In this document: in pieces, positions 39,191 to 51,909 of the stretch
How positions within the stretch are numbered: position 1 is the stretch's first letter
Layout of the letters: each line of letters begins with the position of its first letter
Source of the DNA: Vicugna vicugna
Taxonomy: Eukaryota
DNA: 58,578 bases
Direction of reading: 5' to 3'
Assembly: GCA_013265495.1 (NCBI GenBank)
Contig: MU058141.1
Location: 62,001 to 120,578, forward strand
Position numbers and translations under genes: made by a program
The notes under the pieces: model-generated
Database searches by the model: none
What the model was told of the DNA's origin: nothing
The model's input: the letters and a program-made list of their open reading frames with translations, nothing else

Positions 39191-39681
39191 TTATGGGATT
39201 CAGTGCAGGCTGCCCCCAAATATGTCACTTTGGCATATTAATTATTTTGAATTAAAGTTACTCTAGAAAGAGCAGGTGCAACAAAGATTTTCTGACCCTC
39301 CTTTGTCCTGAAAGCAGGAAATAAATTCCCCATGTGAAGGCTGCCATCCCTTCACCTCGAGGGTAGAAGGCATCCTTATCGCCAGAGACAGGGAATTCAG
39401 GGCCAAGAAGGCTGTATAAACAAACTTGTTACTTTTTCATTAATTTACTACCTCAATCCCAAACCCCCCTCCTTTTTTTTTTTTTTGCCAATTCTTCACA
39501 AAGTATTGTTTCTTTGTCTAAAAGATATAAAAGCTGCCTACTTGGGTTACTTCTTTGGGACTCTGACTTGTCCAAAATTAAATTTGTTTTCTTCCTGTTA
39601 ATTTATCTTATTTCAATTTAATTATTAGGCTCGCGAAAGAACCTGGAAGGGAAGAAGGGAAAATTTTTCTTCCTCTAAGCA
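39191..39681 (+). mobile_element. 3' LTR of the provirus (MER34/MER39 family)
   Basis: Follows polypurine tract agaggagggac. ccccaaatatgtcactttggcatatt near the start and gaagggaaaatttttcttcctct at the end; TATAAAA at 39526-39532; ATTAAA at 39577-39582. Confidence 0.8.
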
Positions 39682-40089
39682 TTAGTTTCAATCTTTCTTT
39701 GTAAATATGATTAAGGTCGATTTTTAAAAACAGAGTTGATTTTGGTTTCATTCCTCCAGCCCCACAATGATTAAGTTTCCTCTCCAACAAAATATCTTTA
39801 ACGCCACTCTTGCTTTTTCCTTTCCTCGCAAATACAAATTATTTAAATTCTTCATTTTCTGTGCTTCTTTCCCTTTATTTCAACCACAAACTCTTCCACA
39901 ACTACCTTAATTTCCTCAAGCTGCTAAGGCTAAACAGGTTTCATCTTTTTTCTGAAGACGACCTCTCAATACCTTCTGACATGTTCCAAAGGAGACAGTT
40001 TAAGATCCAAACTTTGCTCACAACTGTTAGCCACTGATTTTTCTTCATCAGAATCCTTTGCCTCTCCACTCTTCAATGTATTTTCCCTT

Positions 40090-40720
40090 TTTGCTGTTTT
40101 TCACTCTTTGATTTTGATGTGACATCCAACTATTGAATGTACAAGTATTCTCTTGTGGGACAAGAAAAGCAAGGCTGGATATCATTTTTCTTGAGAATAT
40201 GGAATATAATACTCCATCGTCTTCTTCATATTAGTATTGCTGGTAAGAAATCTGTAGTCTTTCTGATGCCTGATCTTTGCATGAGACCCATGGATCTATT
40301 TTTCTTTGGGAGCTTCATAGAAGCTTTTGTCTGTGTAGATTTCTGGAAATGTATGGTATTGTTCTTTGGTGTTTGTATATTTCTGTCAAAATTGCAGGAT
40401 ACTCACCAGGCAGAACTCTCATTCTGCAATCCCATACCATTCTGTTCCTCAGACATTCTAATTAATTTTTCATTGATATGCCTTCTCTTCCATTTTTCTT
40501 GTTCCGGAACTCCTATTATTCAGACACTGGTTCTCACTGTTTTTCCCTTTAATTCCATCCTCCTTTAGCTCTGATTTTCTATTTCTTTGTCTTCTTACTT
40601 TCCTTTCTTAATTATGTTCCAAATGTTACTCTCCACATCATCCATTGAGCTTTTTATGTTTGTTATTATACCTTTAAATTCTAAAGACTATTTTTTCTAT
40701 GTGAATTCACTTTTTTAAAA
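40090..40720 (-). mobile_element. Old L1 ORF1/HAL1 remnant (similar sequence resumes about 42200-43050)
   Basis: actccatcgtcttcttcatattagtattgctggtaagaaatctg and tccggaactcctattattcagacactgg; explains ORF 40137..40568 as antisense noise. Confidence 0.55.
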
Positions 40721-40727
40721 AATTATG

Positions 40728-42110
40728 TGTAAGTAGCAGATAGTATTTTCCACAGATGACTGCAACAGTATTTCCAGTCTATATCCTCTTTCAGTAACTC
40801 GCTACTCCCTAATCAAGAGGAAGTGCTCCAATTTACAATAGTCAAGACATGGAAACAACCTAAATGTCCATCAACAGATGACTGGATAAAGAAGATGTGG
40901 TGTGTGTGTGTGTGTGTGTATATTTGATCCAGCAATCCTACTCCTGGGTGAATATCTAGATAAAACTCTAATTCAAAAAGATACATGCACCCTGATGGTT
41001 ACAGTAGCACTATTTACAATAGTCAAGACATGGAAGCAATCTAAATGGTCACCGACAGATGAATGGATAAAGAAGATGTGGGGTGTGTGTGTATGTGTGT
41101 GTGTGTGTGTATGTGTGTATGTATGTGTGTGTATATATGTGTGTGTGTGTGTATATATATATAAAATGGAATCTTACTCAGCCATAGAAAAGAATGAAAT
41201 AATGCCATTTGCAGCAACATGGATGAACCCAGACATTATCATATTAAGTGAAGTAAGTCAGACAGGAAAAGACAAATATCATATGATATCACTTATATGT
41301 GGAATCCAAAAAAATAAATAAATTGTATTTATAAACCAAAAATAGACACATGGATATAGAAAACAAACTATGGTTACCAAAGAGGAAAGGGCGAGGATGG
41401 ATAAATTAGGGGTTGGGGATTAACAGACACACACTACTATATGTAACATAAATAAACAAGGACCTACTGTATAGCACGGGGACTATATTCAATTTCTTGT
41501 AATAACATATAATGGAAAAGAATCTGAAAAGAAAAAAATATATATGTATAACTGAATCACTTTGCTGTACACCTGATACTAATATTGTAAATCAACTATG
41601 CTTCAATAAAAAAAAATTTTTTTAAGTAGAGGAACTGCTCAATAGCCCTCATCTTTAATCCCCAACAAGAGGTGGAATCCAGTTTCTCTCTTCTAGAATC
41701 CTGTAGTTGACAGAATGTAGTCAAGGTGATGATGTGTGATTTTTGAGGCTAAGTCAGAAAAAGTGAAGAGACACCTGCCTTGGGAGCTGTAACCCTTGGA
41801 CAACATCCCTGAGCCACTGTGTAAGCAGTCAGCTATTCTGAAGCTATCAAACTCCGGGGAACCCCAACGAGGCATGGAGAGACCACACAGAAGCACAGAG
41901 ACACAGAGGGAAGAGGTCCAGCCCACCCCAATTACTCCAGCTTTTCACCCACCATTTGCCTGAAACCTTATTGGAAACTCTAAGCCAGAAACACCCAGTC
42001 ACGTCTTCCCCTACATCCTGAACCATGGGAACCATGCTAAAGGATAAAGTAACTGTTGTTGTGGTACATCACTACATTTTATGGTGATAGGTGGCAATGG
42101 CTAACCAGAA
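40728..42110 (+). mobile_element. MaLR LTR (MLT1G/H-like) split by an L1 insertion
   Basis: attttccacagatgactgcaacagtat...caagagg [L1] caagaggtggaatcc...gtgtgatttttgaggctaagtcagaaaa...ggctaaccagaa. Confidence 0.7.
40831..41627 (+). mobile_element. 5'-truncated L1 with complete 3' UTR, internal (TG)n tracts and a TSD
   Basis: ORF 40902..41321 (DPAILLLG...ALFTIVKTWKQ...NEIMPFAATWM...IILSEVSQ); AATAAA plus A-tail near 41605-41616; TSD agaggaagtgctcca (40816-40830) / agaggaactgctcaa (41628-41642). Confidence 0.9.
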
Positions 42111-42455
42111 GAGTCACCTATTTTATTTGATGAGTGGAACATACATTAATTTATATTGAATTATATATTAATATATATTAATCCTGTATACCTGGAAACA
42201 AGAGCTTTGTTTACAAGTTTTCCTCTGCATATCTCTAATTCCTTCTAGTTGCTTTTTTCTCTGTATTCTTTTCCCCTGTAATTCACAGTAACAGCTTTCT
42301 TCAAATGTGTTGATTGATAATTTAACTAGATATATAATGCTGTGTTCCAAATGATGTTCTTCAGAAAATTTTAGAAATTATGACATTTTCTTTTAACACC
42401 CAATATTGCTCTTGAAAAGTCTACTCAGAAACTGATTTTCATTTGGTTCTAGTAA

Positions 42456-42499
<44 letters not shown>
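42456..42499 (+). repeat. (AAT)n microsatellite, about 14 units
   Basis: Perfect aat array read directly. Confidence 0.95.
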
Positions 42500-42502
<3 letters not shown>

Positions 42503-43142
42503 CCTGATTATGCCATATTTACACTGAAGATCTTGTCCTTATTGTTTTAAAATTTTGTAATGATAGAAATTTAAGCACCTTCAGTTTAATGTTTTATGGA
42601 GTCCTTTCGGTATGATTATTGATGTCTTTCCTCAGCTTTGGGGAAAAAATTACGTTGTTTAATATTTGATTATCTCTGCACTATTTGATCTTTTCTCTCT
42701 CTCTCTCTTTTCCTCATTTTCTAGATTTTCTATTAGAAAACATATTAGACCTTCTGGAGTTATCCTTGACTGTTTTATTTAGACCATCCCTTTTAAATTT
42801 GCTTTGATTATTTATAATTTGAAATAAAATTTTTGTTTGTTTCAAATAAGCCTTCTTATAAAAATATCCTACATTTTCCCTCTTTCTTGGAAGAAGTAAT
42901 TTCATTATTCTAAAGTTCTTTACTTTTCTCTGACTTATTTCTCATTCCACCAGAGAGTGATGCTCTATTTATTAAATGAAGTTCTTTTTTTATGCTGCAG
43001 GATTTTCCAAAGTGTTAGTGAACGTTTTGTTATTCTTTTACATTTGTGTAAAAGGTTCATTAGAGGCTTAAATGACTTTTCTTCTTCCTTACAAGCCTGA
43101 CCATTAAATAACCATGAGGGCAACACGCTGTCCAAATGGGAC

Positions 43143-43730
43143 TGTCAAGCAGCCAGGCAGTGCATGGTGGCAGCTGCTAGGTTAGCTTGCCACACTTCCA
43201 TAGACTTGGCCACTAAAGACACAAAGTTTCAAAACCAGTTTAGACAGTTAATTACTGTAAGCAGAGCAGGCAGCATATTTGTCTCAGTTCCCCTTGCTCC
43301 CAGGTCCCCAGGGCTGATGGGCATCACAGACCCACTGTGCACATAGCGGATCTACAATGGGGAGTCCCCAGGGGAAGTTCTAGAACTGTCTTTATTTCCC
43401 TGGGAAGCAAGCAAATCCTCATCAGGAAGGAAAGGGAGAGGCTTTTATCTACTATCCTGGAATATCACTGGGGAGTGAGATGTTTTCTATTTGTACTATT
43501 CTCAAATTAAGCTAACCTAAGCAAAATGACCGTTAGTATCTGGATGTGAAGAAATGTGAGAGACTAATGAAAAATCACCTTCCAGTAAGGATGGACTCTT
43601 GTCTATCGGGATTGAGAACTTCCAAGTAAATTGTGCACATGGGGAGCATGAAGGTGATGAGCTCCCATCTCCTGCTGTACACAAACATTGGGTGTTACTA
43701 ACAAACAATTTGAGAGCCATAATCACTTCT
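43143..43730 (-). mobile_element. ERVL-type solo LTR (MER73/MER74/MER88-like)
   Basis: cagctgctaggttagcttgccac...ttaattactgtaagcagagcagg; GC-richer block. Family assignment from recall only. Confidence 0.45.
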
Positions 43731-46700
43731 AGGAAGATATCTGTTTGGATGTTTTGCTTATGCTATTAGTAGAGGTGGGAGGGGGAGGAGAAGACATTCA
43801 AGGCAGCACATTGCCGAGGAGGAAATAAACTAAATAACCAACGAGTCCAAATTAAAGTTGAAAATAATACTCTCTTCCAAATAATACTCACTTTCCTCTC
43901 AGCTTTCTTCTGTCCTACTCTCATTAATGCCCACTTCTGTTCTGGTGATTGGAGGAGCTATCACTGTGGCCACTACACTTTTAGTTGCCCATAAAGTCTT
44001 CAGAATTTTTATTCATCTGAAAGCTCATCAGTTTGTTCCCTTTGCTTCTCATCTATACTTATCATTTCATTTTCTTCTTCTTTAGGTGGGAAAGGAGACA
44101 ACCAAGAGTGTTTAGGCTACCATGTTGAAATCTACTTTAAAGAAAAAAATAGTGCAGTTATACTGAGTAAAATTAAAACTGTAGGCTCTAATTGCACCAC
44201 AAATAATTGTGTTTTAACTTACATTACTAAATAAAACATAACTGTGCAGGTTGTGTTAACTTTGTTTTTATTTTTTGCTGTCGAGTCTCCAAATTTCAGG
44301 GATATTTAAAATCTATTAAATGTAGTTGTTTTGTATCATTAGCTCAAGAGGTCTTTTACATAAGGTTGAATTAAATCACTAAGCTTCATCCTTACTGAAA
44401 AATCTCTTGAAGTTCTATCACTAATGGTTAAACAAAATTTTTGATTGAACTATCCATTAAATAGTAATTACTTGGATGATGTTTTAAAGTTTAATGAATA
44501 GAAAATTATCAGGAATAGATTTAAAATATTGATACAATTTAATAGAATATTTAATACATCCTTATTACAAAGCAGCACATTGGTCTATAATAGAGACCAA
44601 GGTATGACTGTACATATGACAACCTATATTAATTGAGCATAATTTCTTTTTATTATTACTCATGGGTAATTATGATACATTCACTTGTTTTCTAGAGTTC
44701 ACAAAAATATTTTTATATATGTTCTCAAACATTTGAAATAATTTAAAACCAAGTTGATGAGATTTAATCTCAAGATTGTTCATATTTTTTCTTTAAAATC
44801 ATAACTATAAACTATATTTGAAGGTGTTCTTCTTTTCAAGTTTGCCTAAAGTACCTCACTTCTTTTGTGTAAATTCTATGAAAAATGTTAATGTGTATGT
44901 GTGGTGGTGATGTGGTGACACAGCGGATAACTTTCTGTTGTTAGTACTACATACTACCACTTTGAACATAGACAAAAATGAGGTTATTAAAATGAATTCC
45001 TTTTTTATTTTGTATTTGTTATTTTATTTTCTACTCTTCAATTTAGAGGCTTTCAATTTACCATTAATATCTTCTTGAAAATATTTTAAGCTGACATTTT
45101 CTACTTTTTTTGCATTACTTGTAATTTGATTTTATCGCCAGCTATGAAAGGCTTGATATTTTTTCTCCTATTTTAATACCCTTAAATAATCATTCCTATT
45201 TCTCATTGTGTCATTTTCAATTTATAGCCAATCTGATTTTAGTAAAATAGAAACAAATGCTGGTTGGAAAAAAAAAAGAAGGTTCCATATATTTCCATGT
45301 AATTTTGTGTTTAATTTCATTTGTGATCCTCTTCACATAAAAATAAAGACTACACACCATTAAGATTCTATAGCTTAATTTCATTTTTCAGCTAAGTTGT
45401 TTGCTTGCATCTTTTAGTCATCAGTCAAGTGGAAAGAGAAGGAGATAAATTCACAGAACTTATTTCCAGTCAGTTAAAATAAAAAAGGCCCAAGTTTGCC
45501 AATAAATAAACATATGTGTCAACAAGGACAAATAACTACTTCAGCTTCTGCAGCAACTGGATGATGTTCCAACTAAACCCTCCCTGATGAATTTAACAAT
45601 TACTTAAAAATTGTTATAGTCACTAAACAAAATAAGATGAATAGAATAGATTGAAGATGCAACTAATGATGCTTGGCAATCTTCTCAAGCAAGAATTGAA
45701 TTTAATTGTTTTCAATTCCTTTGAGAAATCATTACATGAGTTTTATATTTCACTTACAACATAACTAGCCACAGAATTCAAGTCTTTTGAAACAAGAGGG
45801 AAAGTATAAGAATAAAATACTTTTGTGCCTATTATAATTTATGTGATATTAAGCAAAATAAGCATAAGAGAAAGAAAAAAAGACAAATTATAATTTTTAA
45901 GCTGAACGTAAAAAATAAGTACAATGTAACCAAAGATTATTTAAGTGTTAAAAATCTGTAGCACTTTTAGTAAGTAATGTTGAGAATTACTTATGTTCTT
46001 GGGCAAACTTTCTGTAACTAAAGCTAGTATATTTTATCATCTCAGGATATTTGGCTATACAGCAATGACATACAATTCACATCACTAATTTTGTCTGAAA
46101 CTTCACTATTATAAGCTTTGATCAGTATTCAGAATTTCCCAGAACATTCAAAATTTCAAATATTCTCCTAAATTATTATTTATGTTTAACAAGCAAAGAT
46201 ATTATGAAAAAATAATTACAAGAATTTAAGTAAAGTAATAAAAGCTATTGGGATAAATTTTAAAAATCATAATTAGTCTGGAGGACTAATTTAGAAAAAA
46301 AAATTTATTTTATATGACTACACTTTATATGGATAATTCTATTCAATCCCCCCAAAGGATTAATAAATATGTATCTTAAGAGATATTAAAATTCATGACC
46401 CTTCTCAGGGTATGTTTTTGAGACTGAACAACAACAACAAGATCAGAGTCAAGAAATAAAGGTGTCAGCATAAAAATTGGGAGAGAAAAAGAAACAGGGA
46501 AGTAAAAAAATCAAACAAATATTGTAAGAAGAGATATCTTGATTATTACAACATATAACAGCTTGGTTCAACAAACACAAAGCATGTACACATTGTCAGA
46601 ATCAAGATGTTCAGTGACAAAGATGATTTTGTTTTTGCCCTGTGGTGACCTGTCAACATGAAATTTAACACGCATTAATTATTAAAATATTTTACATGTA

Positions 46701-48719
46701 CGTGTTTTAAGATCCAGCATGTTTTCTCATGAATCAAATTCTATCTCATTCAGCGTCCTTCTGTTGTTTATTTTTTAGCAACTTTTAATCTCATCCTTTA
46801 AAAGCAAACATTTTGCTTGGGGCAGTATGGCCAGGAGGGTTTGCCTAGTACGAATTATTTGTCTTAACTGGTCTTTTCAGCAGGACAGTTCTCATAAAAC
46901 TGTACATTTGATTCCGCATTTCATATTATTAGTGCACACAAATAAACATGCCGTTAGGTATTAATGGGATTATTTTCCTCTTGTTTAGTAGAAATAAACA
47001 GGCAAACACAATGGGTTGTGGTCGTTTCACTCTTCAGGCAAATCATCCTACAAATGTACTTTAACCACGGTGTAAATCACAGCCAATTTTAGTAATAAAA
47101 TAGATGTCTGTTGAAATGTATTATTTGGTTGTGACATTTCTTAGCTATTCATTTGTGTATACAAATGTATATCTGGGCACATAAAAGAAACTACCTTAAT
47201 GAATTACCTTTTTTTTTTTAAACTAACTGAGTGCAGAGCTACAATATGCATAAACTGACCCTAGATCAATATCCAATCAACAACACTTCCTTCAGACATT
47301 TCACTGTTGAACTGACTCACACTGGAGTATTTTCTTTATCTTAAAAATATGTTGAGAGTTGTGTATATTGGAAGAGAAAACTCAGAATACTGGTTGACTG
47401 AAAACATATCAGGTAAAAGAAAGTGTGTTCTGAAAATTGTGGTTAAGATACTACAAAGAATGCATGCAATGGACAATGAAAAGTTATAAAACAGTAAATT
47501 GAAAGGTTGAAAAAAAAAAGCTGGTTGCAAAGTGAGGCTTTAAAAACAAGGCCCAATTTTCATAAGAAAGAACTATTACAATCTAGTTTAAAACTACTAT
47601 TTAAAAAATGGAGAATAAAAATTTAGAACTGTTTTAGCTGGTTAAAATAGAAAAAAAAATCAATTTACTTATTGTATAGGCCAGATTTCAGTTGCTATTT
47701 TGTTTTTGGCCAGACAACAAATTAAATATATGGTCACACATTTATTTCATGTTTTTAAAGTGTGTTTAAAGTCATGTTTTAAAGTATGACTTTTTAATAT
47801 TGTGTTACTTTCATATCTTTACTGTAAAAGAACTTACTTACCAGTTTTCATTATTTTATCTCCAAATTTGTGAACATCTAACTATTTCTGTCTTGTTTTA
47901 ACTTAACATTTATGGATGATGTTACATTAGTAATCCATGATCCCAGCTGCTCAACTAAAAGCAAGATCTTCTGTACTTTATGTTGGTTAAATTAAAGACA
48001 AGATGATGATGTTTCATTTGGAAATATTTCCACTTCTTTGTATGTGTGTGTTTTAATATTCTACATGTTTCCTTTGACTCACATGTTTCCAGCATACTAA
48101 ACAGGCCAGCAGGAAAATATGTTGGGAAGAAAGCCTCATCAACAATGTAGCATGTGGCCAAAAATAATTATTACTTACACTGCCACTTCCATTTCTGAGT
48201 ATTTCCTTTAGATTCCTCTTTGCACTGACGTAAAAAAAACTGCGTTGAATTAAATGTGCTTTTTGTTAGAAGCTGCTGTCCTTTTCCACTGATGTGTGTC
48301 CTAAGTTAAAATAACGCAATGCACTCAGAAGGGGCTTGCTTGATTTTAAAGGGTTTGCATATTCCTCTTCTATTTTGATATCCAGAATTACAACTTGTAT
48401 CAATAGATGTTATTATTTCCTTTAAAAATATGGAAACTGAGACTTTGAGAGATTAGGTCATGTTCCTAAGGAATCTTGGCTGTTAATACATGCTGAAGTT
48501 GAAACTCCAGGGTTTTTTCCTCTATAAGTGGTTGTCACTATCTTAAGAGTAAAGCAATTATAGGTTGAAATTTAGTAGCGATAAATTTATGTATTCAACA
48601 AGAGCTCTACCCACGAAAACAAGATCAAATAAAGTTGTGTTTTTTCTCTGATGTTTTACACCTATTTACTGATATGCCTAGTACACTCCAGTGAATTAAT
48701 CCAAGTTTCCTGATAAGAT

Positions 48720-48925
48720 AGTACTAGATTTGAATCCTTGCTCTAAAATTTATTAGCTAAGTAACTAGATATAATAAGTAGCCTCTCCAAGCTTCAGTTT
48801 CCTCTTGGTAAAGCAAGAATAGCAATCCTTGTATTGCAATAGTGTTGTGTAAATTACAGCACCTAAATTGCCTAGTAATAACTGGCACCCATTATGCCAG
48901 TAAGTAGTAACTAGTATTCCTTTTA
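48720..48925 (+). mobile_element. MIR SINE
   Basis: gatttgaatccttgctctaaaatttattagct...ctctccaagcttcagtttcctc. Confidence 0.6.
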
Positions 48926-49117
48926 TTATTTAATGTTTTAAAGTATTACATAATTTCATTTTTGTAAATATAATGCTAATGTTTATATATGATAAAAATG
49001 TGAATAGAACTGAATATTTGTGGAATTTTAAAGTAGAAATCTCAGGGGGATTAACATAAATTTCATACTGTATATTAGTCACTTCAGAAATATGTGTTTG
49101 GTACAAATTTGCATTTG

Positions 49118-50405
49118 ATCAAAACGGATCAGAGACCTAAGTGTAAAACACAAGCTATAAAACCTTTAGAAGATAGCATAGGAAGAAATGTAAAGGAACT
49201 CAGCTATGTGAATAACATTAAGGTGCAATATCAAAGTCATAATCCTTGAAAGAAAAAAATTGAGAAGCTGAACTTCATTCAAATCAAAGACTTCTGCTCT
49301 GCAAAAGACAACCTCAAGAGAATGAGAAGATAGACCACAAACTGGAAGAAAATATTTACAAAAGACACATCTGATAAAGGAATTGATAAAATTTACAAAG
49401 CTCTCTTAAAATCAACAATAAAGAAACAAAACTCAATTTAAATTAGGAGACACCTCACTAGAGAAGATACAAAGATGGCAAATAAGCACATGAAAAGGTC
49501 ACCCAGATTTCCTGTTATCAGGAAATACACATTAAATAACAGTGAGATACCACTACCCATTTATTTGAACGGCCCAGATCTGGAACACTGACAACACCCT
49601 TTGTGGAGGATGTGAAGCAGTTAAGAACTCTTACTTATTGTGGGTGGGAATGCACAATAGTACAGCCACTTTAATGACAGTTTGGAGGTTTCTGACAAAA
49701 CTCTTACCATATGATCCAATAATCATGCTTTTTGGTATTTACCCAAAGGAGCTGAAAACTTACATCTATACAATAACCTGCACATGGATGTTTATGGCAG
49801 CTGCCATTGCCAAAACATGGAAGCAACCAAGATGTCCTTCCATAGATGAATGGATAAACTGTGGTACATCCAGACAATGGAATATTATTTAGCACTAAAA
49901 AGAGCTGAGCTTTGAAGCCATGAAGACGTAGAGGAACCTTCAATGCACATTATTAAGTGAAAAAAACCAATCTGAAAAAGGATACATAAAAATTTTAACA
50001 GTATAATATTCTGGAAAAGGCAAAACTATGGAGACAGTAAAATGATCATGGTTGCCAGGGGCTGGGGGCACTGGGGATGAACAGGTGAAGCACTGAGGAA
50101 TTTGGGGTAGTGAAAAAATACTCTGTATGATAACATAATGATGAGCATATGCCATTATACTTTCGTCTGAACCCAGAGGATATACAACATCAAGGGTAAC
50201 TGTAATGGCACCTTGGACACTGGATGATTGTGATGTGTCAACGTAGGTTCATCAGCTCTAATAGTTGTACCACCTTGTGAGTGATTCTGATAATGAGGCT
50301 GTGCATGTGTCAGGGGAGGGGTATTTGGGGAATCTATGCACCTACTCTCAATTTTCCTGTGAACTTAAAACCACTGTAAAATATAGTCTATTTAAATAAA
50401 TAAAT
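49118..50405 (+). mobile_element. L1 3' end (L1MC-like)
   Basis: ORF2 motifs (aagacttctgctctgcaaaagac; LPYDPIIMLFGIYPKELKT...AKTWKQPRCPS in ORF 49638..49892) and a long 3' UTR ending gtgaacttaaaaccactgtaaaa. Confidence 0.85.
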
Positions 50406-51909
50406 GAACAAGTAATAAACAATTCTATGAGGAAGTTATGAGGACAAATTTCAGTGGAAAGAGAAAACACAATACTCTATACATTTTTAGTGGTGTTATA
50501 ATAAGTTTATTCTGAATTTAAGGGTAACTCAGTGATGAGCTAAAAACAAGCCATTGTTAGTAAACCAACTGCATTCTTCTTTTCCCTCATCTCTCCCTGT
50601 GTAATTTTTTTAGGCTATTCCCATCTTTTATTTATCCCTCTCCAACAATTAGATGGAAATGAAAGAATAGGCTATACCTATGTTTTTAATGAATCAAACT
50701 GCTGTGGTGTATTAGAATGGAAATTATAACGTTTTTGTAAAGTTCCTACATTTTGAGAGTAAGTACCAATTGTTTAGAATGATGCAAAACTAGAGTAAAT
50801 CAAATCCAGCATATAACAACTGACATTAAGATCAGGTCACCCTAAAACATCCTGAAGAAGCTTAAGCTTGGAGCAACAAATCACAATATTTTAAAGAAGC
50901 CAAGAGACAATGACCATAGTAATTAATCATAAACAAAGATTCAGAACTTAAGGGGAAGTCAGGCTCATGCTTCTATTCCCATGCAAGGACCATGCACAGA
51001 AATCTAAAAAATAAAAACAAAAACATACAAACAAAAAACATGTCTGGTTCTTATTGTTGACCAACTGAATCGGAATCTTTCCGAGTAGGGCTGATTGTTT
51101 GTTATTTTTGTTTACAGTTTGGTAGATGCATATAGTGAAATACTGTGCAACAGTTAAATTTAACACTGTAAGTGTAGAAATAATATTATAAATCTTTAAA
51201 ATACATCATGTTAATAAGAAAAAAGAGAAACTGTTTAGCAAAATACCATTTATATAAATTTTAAAAATGCAAGTTAATATTTTAAATATACTATTTTCAC
51301 AATTTTATAATGAAACATATTATACATATTATACCTTAATAACTTAAAAATACTTTCCTTGAAAAGATTTATAGAGAAAAGTTGAGTAATTCAAGAGTTA
51401 TTACCCCCTCTTTTTATACCTATGAAATGTATTCTTTTCTTTTTGCTTTATTAGCCATGCTAATATAGAATTACAGAATGTAAGGGTGTCTCAAATTTAA
51501 CCTCACCCAACTATTCTGCTTTTAGTTATGATGAAACCAGAACCCCATGGGATTAAATAATTTGCCCATAATCATAATGATAATTATGGCAGAGCATGGG
51601 ATACAACATGTCTCATAATGCACTCTCCAGAAAAATATCTACAAGACTGTTAGCCTTAATTGTGTTTTTATTTTATTTTTTCATCATAAGCAACTTCAAA
51701 ACTTTGTTTTCATTTATTCTACAAAATCCCCTTGGTTAATATCATGTAAGATGTAAAAAGGCAAATTGATTTCCTCATAAGGTCAAAACAGGAGATTTTC
51801 CATCCTCATCATTTCCATTTAACATAAAGCTGACAGTCTTAACCATTACAATTAGTAAATAAAAATACAATCACAGGTGTACTAATTGCAATGGGAGAAA
51901 TAAACTCAT

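Noticed and set aside
34931..39681. A complete two-LTR provirus
   Set aside because: The two LTRs show no similarity, and the upstream one has its own exact TSD inside the retrocopy, so it is an independent solo LTR.
40902..41321. Cys/Val-repeat protein (also ORFs 2007..2366 and 55469..55855)
   Set aside because: Translations of (TG)n/(CA)n tracts within or beside L1 sequence.
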